Source of the DNA: Hydrolagus colliei
Lineage: Eukaryota
DNA: 64,000 nucleotides
Assembly (NCBI GenBank): GCA_035084275.1
Contig: CM068752.1
Coordinates: 2,852,001-2,916,000, forward strand
Direction of reading: 5' to 3'
Positions 63,432 to 64,000 of this stretch are shown piece after piece. The position numbers were made by a program, and so were the translations under genes. Below the pieces are notes generated by a model, which ran no database searches, was not told the DNA's origin, and was given only the letters and a program-made list of their open reading frames with translations. Position 1 is the first letter of the stretch, and each line of letters starts with the position of its first letter.

Positions 63432-64000
63432 CTGATAGATTCCAGCCATGAATGTTACCGTTGAAGCGATGGCAATGGAGCGACAGCCGATATCGCAATC
63501 GCTCGCTGTTGTATTCTGCACAGCCTCGAACTGCAGCTCCGCTTCCACCACCTCGCCGATCATCAGGCAAAGCACGCCGAAGATACCCACCGAGATGTGC
63601 TTGGATGTTCCCATCAGGAAGTAGATAATGCAGGCGAAAAATGAGGTATACAGGCCGTACCTGGCTTCCTGTCCTGCCAGCAGCGAATAGGCGATGGACT
63701 GAGGAACCAACAGGATGCCCACAATCAGGCCAGACATGATATCACCGAAAATCCACTCTCTCCACCTGTACTTGGGAAGCCACTGCAAGACGGGAAAGAA
63801 GCCAGTGACGTACTGTTTGGCCTTTTGTGGGGTACAAGCGCAGTATTTTCTCATCTTTCTCACGGCGATTTCCTTCACGTCAATTGGTATCTTGTCATGC
63901 TCTTCCAAGACGATGGGGGAGTATTGCTGGTGCCCGGGGCCGGGAGAGACGTGCGTTCCGAATTCCGGCGTGTTTTCATGGTTGTTAGCTCTGACTGAAG
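63432..64000 (-). CDS. SLC26A2: SLC26A2 (sulfate/anion exchanger) first coding exon, 5'-truncated by the window edge
   Basis: The frame is open from 63998 ([13 protein letters not shown]...PIVLEEHDK...) to CAG|gtagac at 63432. It contains [25 protein letters not shown] and GLYTSFF...[12 protein letters not shown]26 signature motifs. Confidence 0.93.

Noticed and set aside
63906-63908. SLC26A2 start as given in the ORF track
   Set aside because: The codon is TTG (Leu) and the frame stays open to the window edge. The ATG near 63978 is out of frame.
1-64000. CRISPR array or prokaryotic defence system
   Set aside because: The recurring short palindromes are dispersed SINE and L2 tails without regular spacers, and the DNA contains spliced vertebrate genes.

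Overview
Vertebrate genomic DNA, probably from a cartilaginous fish such as a chimaera. That assignment is inferred from the repeat families and protein divergence and is not proven. Three spliced genes were reconstructed by hand from GT-AG junctions and exon phase: (1) the last three coding exons and long 3'UTR of ERGIC1 (+ strand, 1794-6024); (2) a complete, very compact serotonin receptor HTR4 (- strand, six coding exons at 46274-34470, about 391 aa, with a probable non-coding first exon ending at 50619); (3) the two coding exons of the sulfate/anion exchanger SLC26A2 (- strand, 64000-61060, start codon outside the window). The rest is dense with retroposons: dozens of copies of a tRNA-headed SINE with an L2-type tail, L2 3' fragments, CR1 3' ends, older Deu-domain SINE relics, Penelope-type terminal repeats with decayed hammerhead-ribozyme cores, and a possible hAT-like MITE. 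No CRISPR array or clearly new multi-gene system is visible. The most interesting signals lie in HTR4: stacked uORFs ending in a TGATG stop-start overlap, inverted SINEs around the start-codon exon whose skipping would give an in-frame alternative N-terminus, a terminal exon whose ancestral-looking C-terminal motif is out of frame, and an eroded Ser/Thr phosphorylation cluster. Repeat boundaries are approximate, and comparisons with human sequences are from memory.
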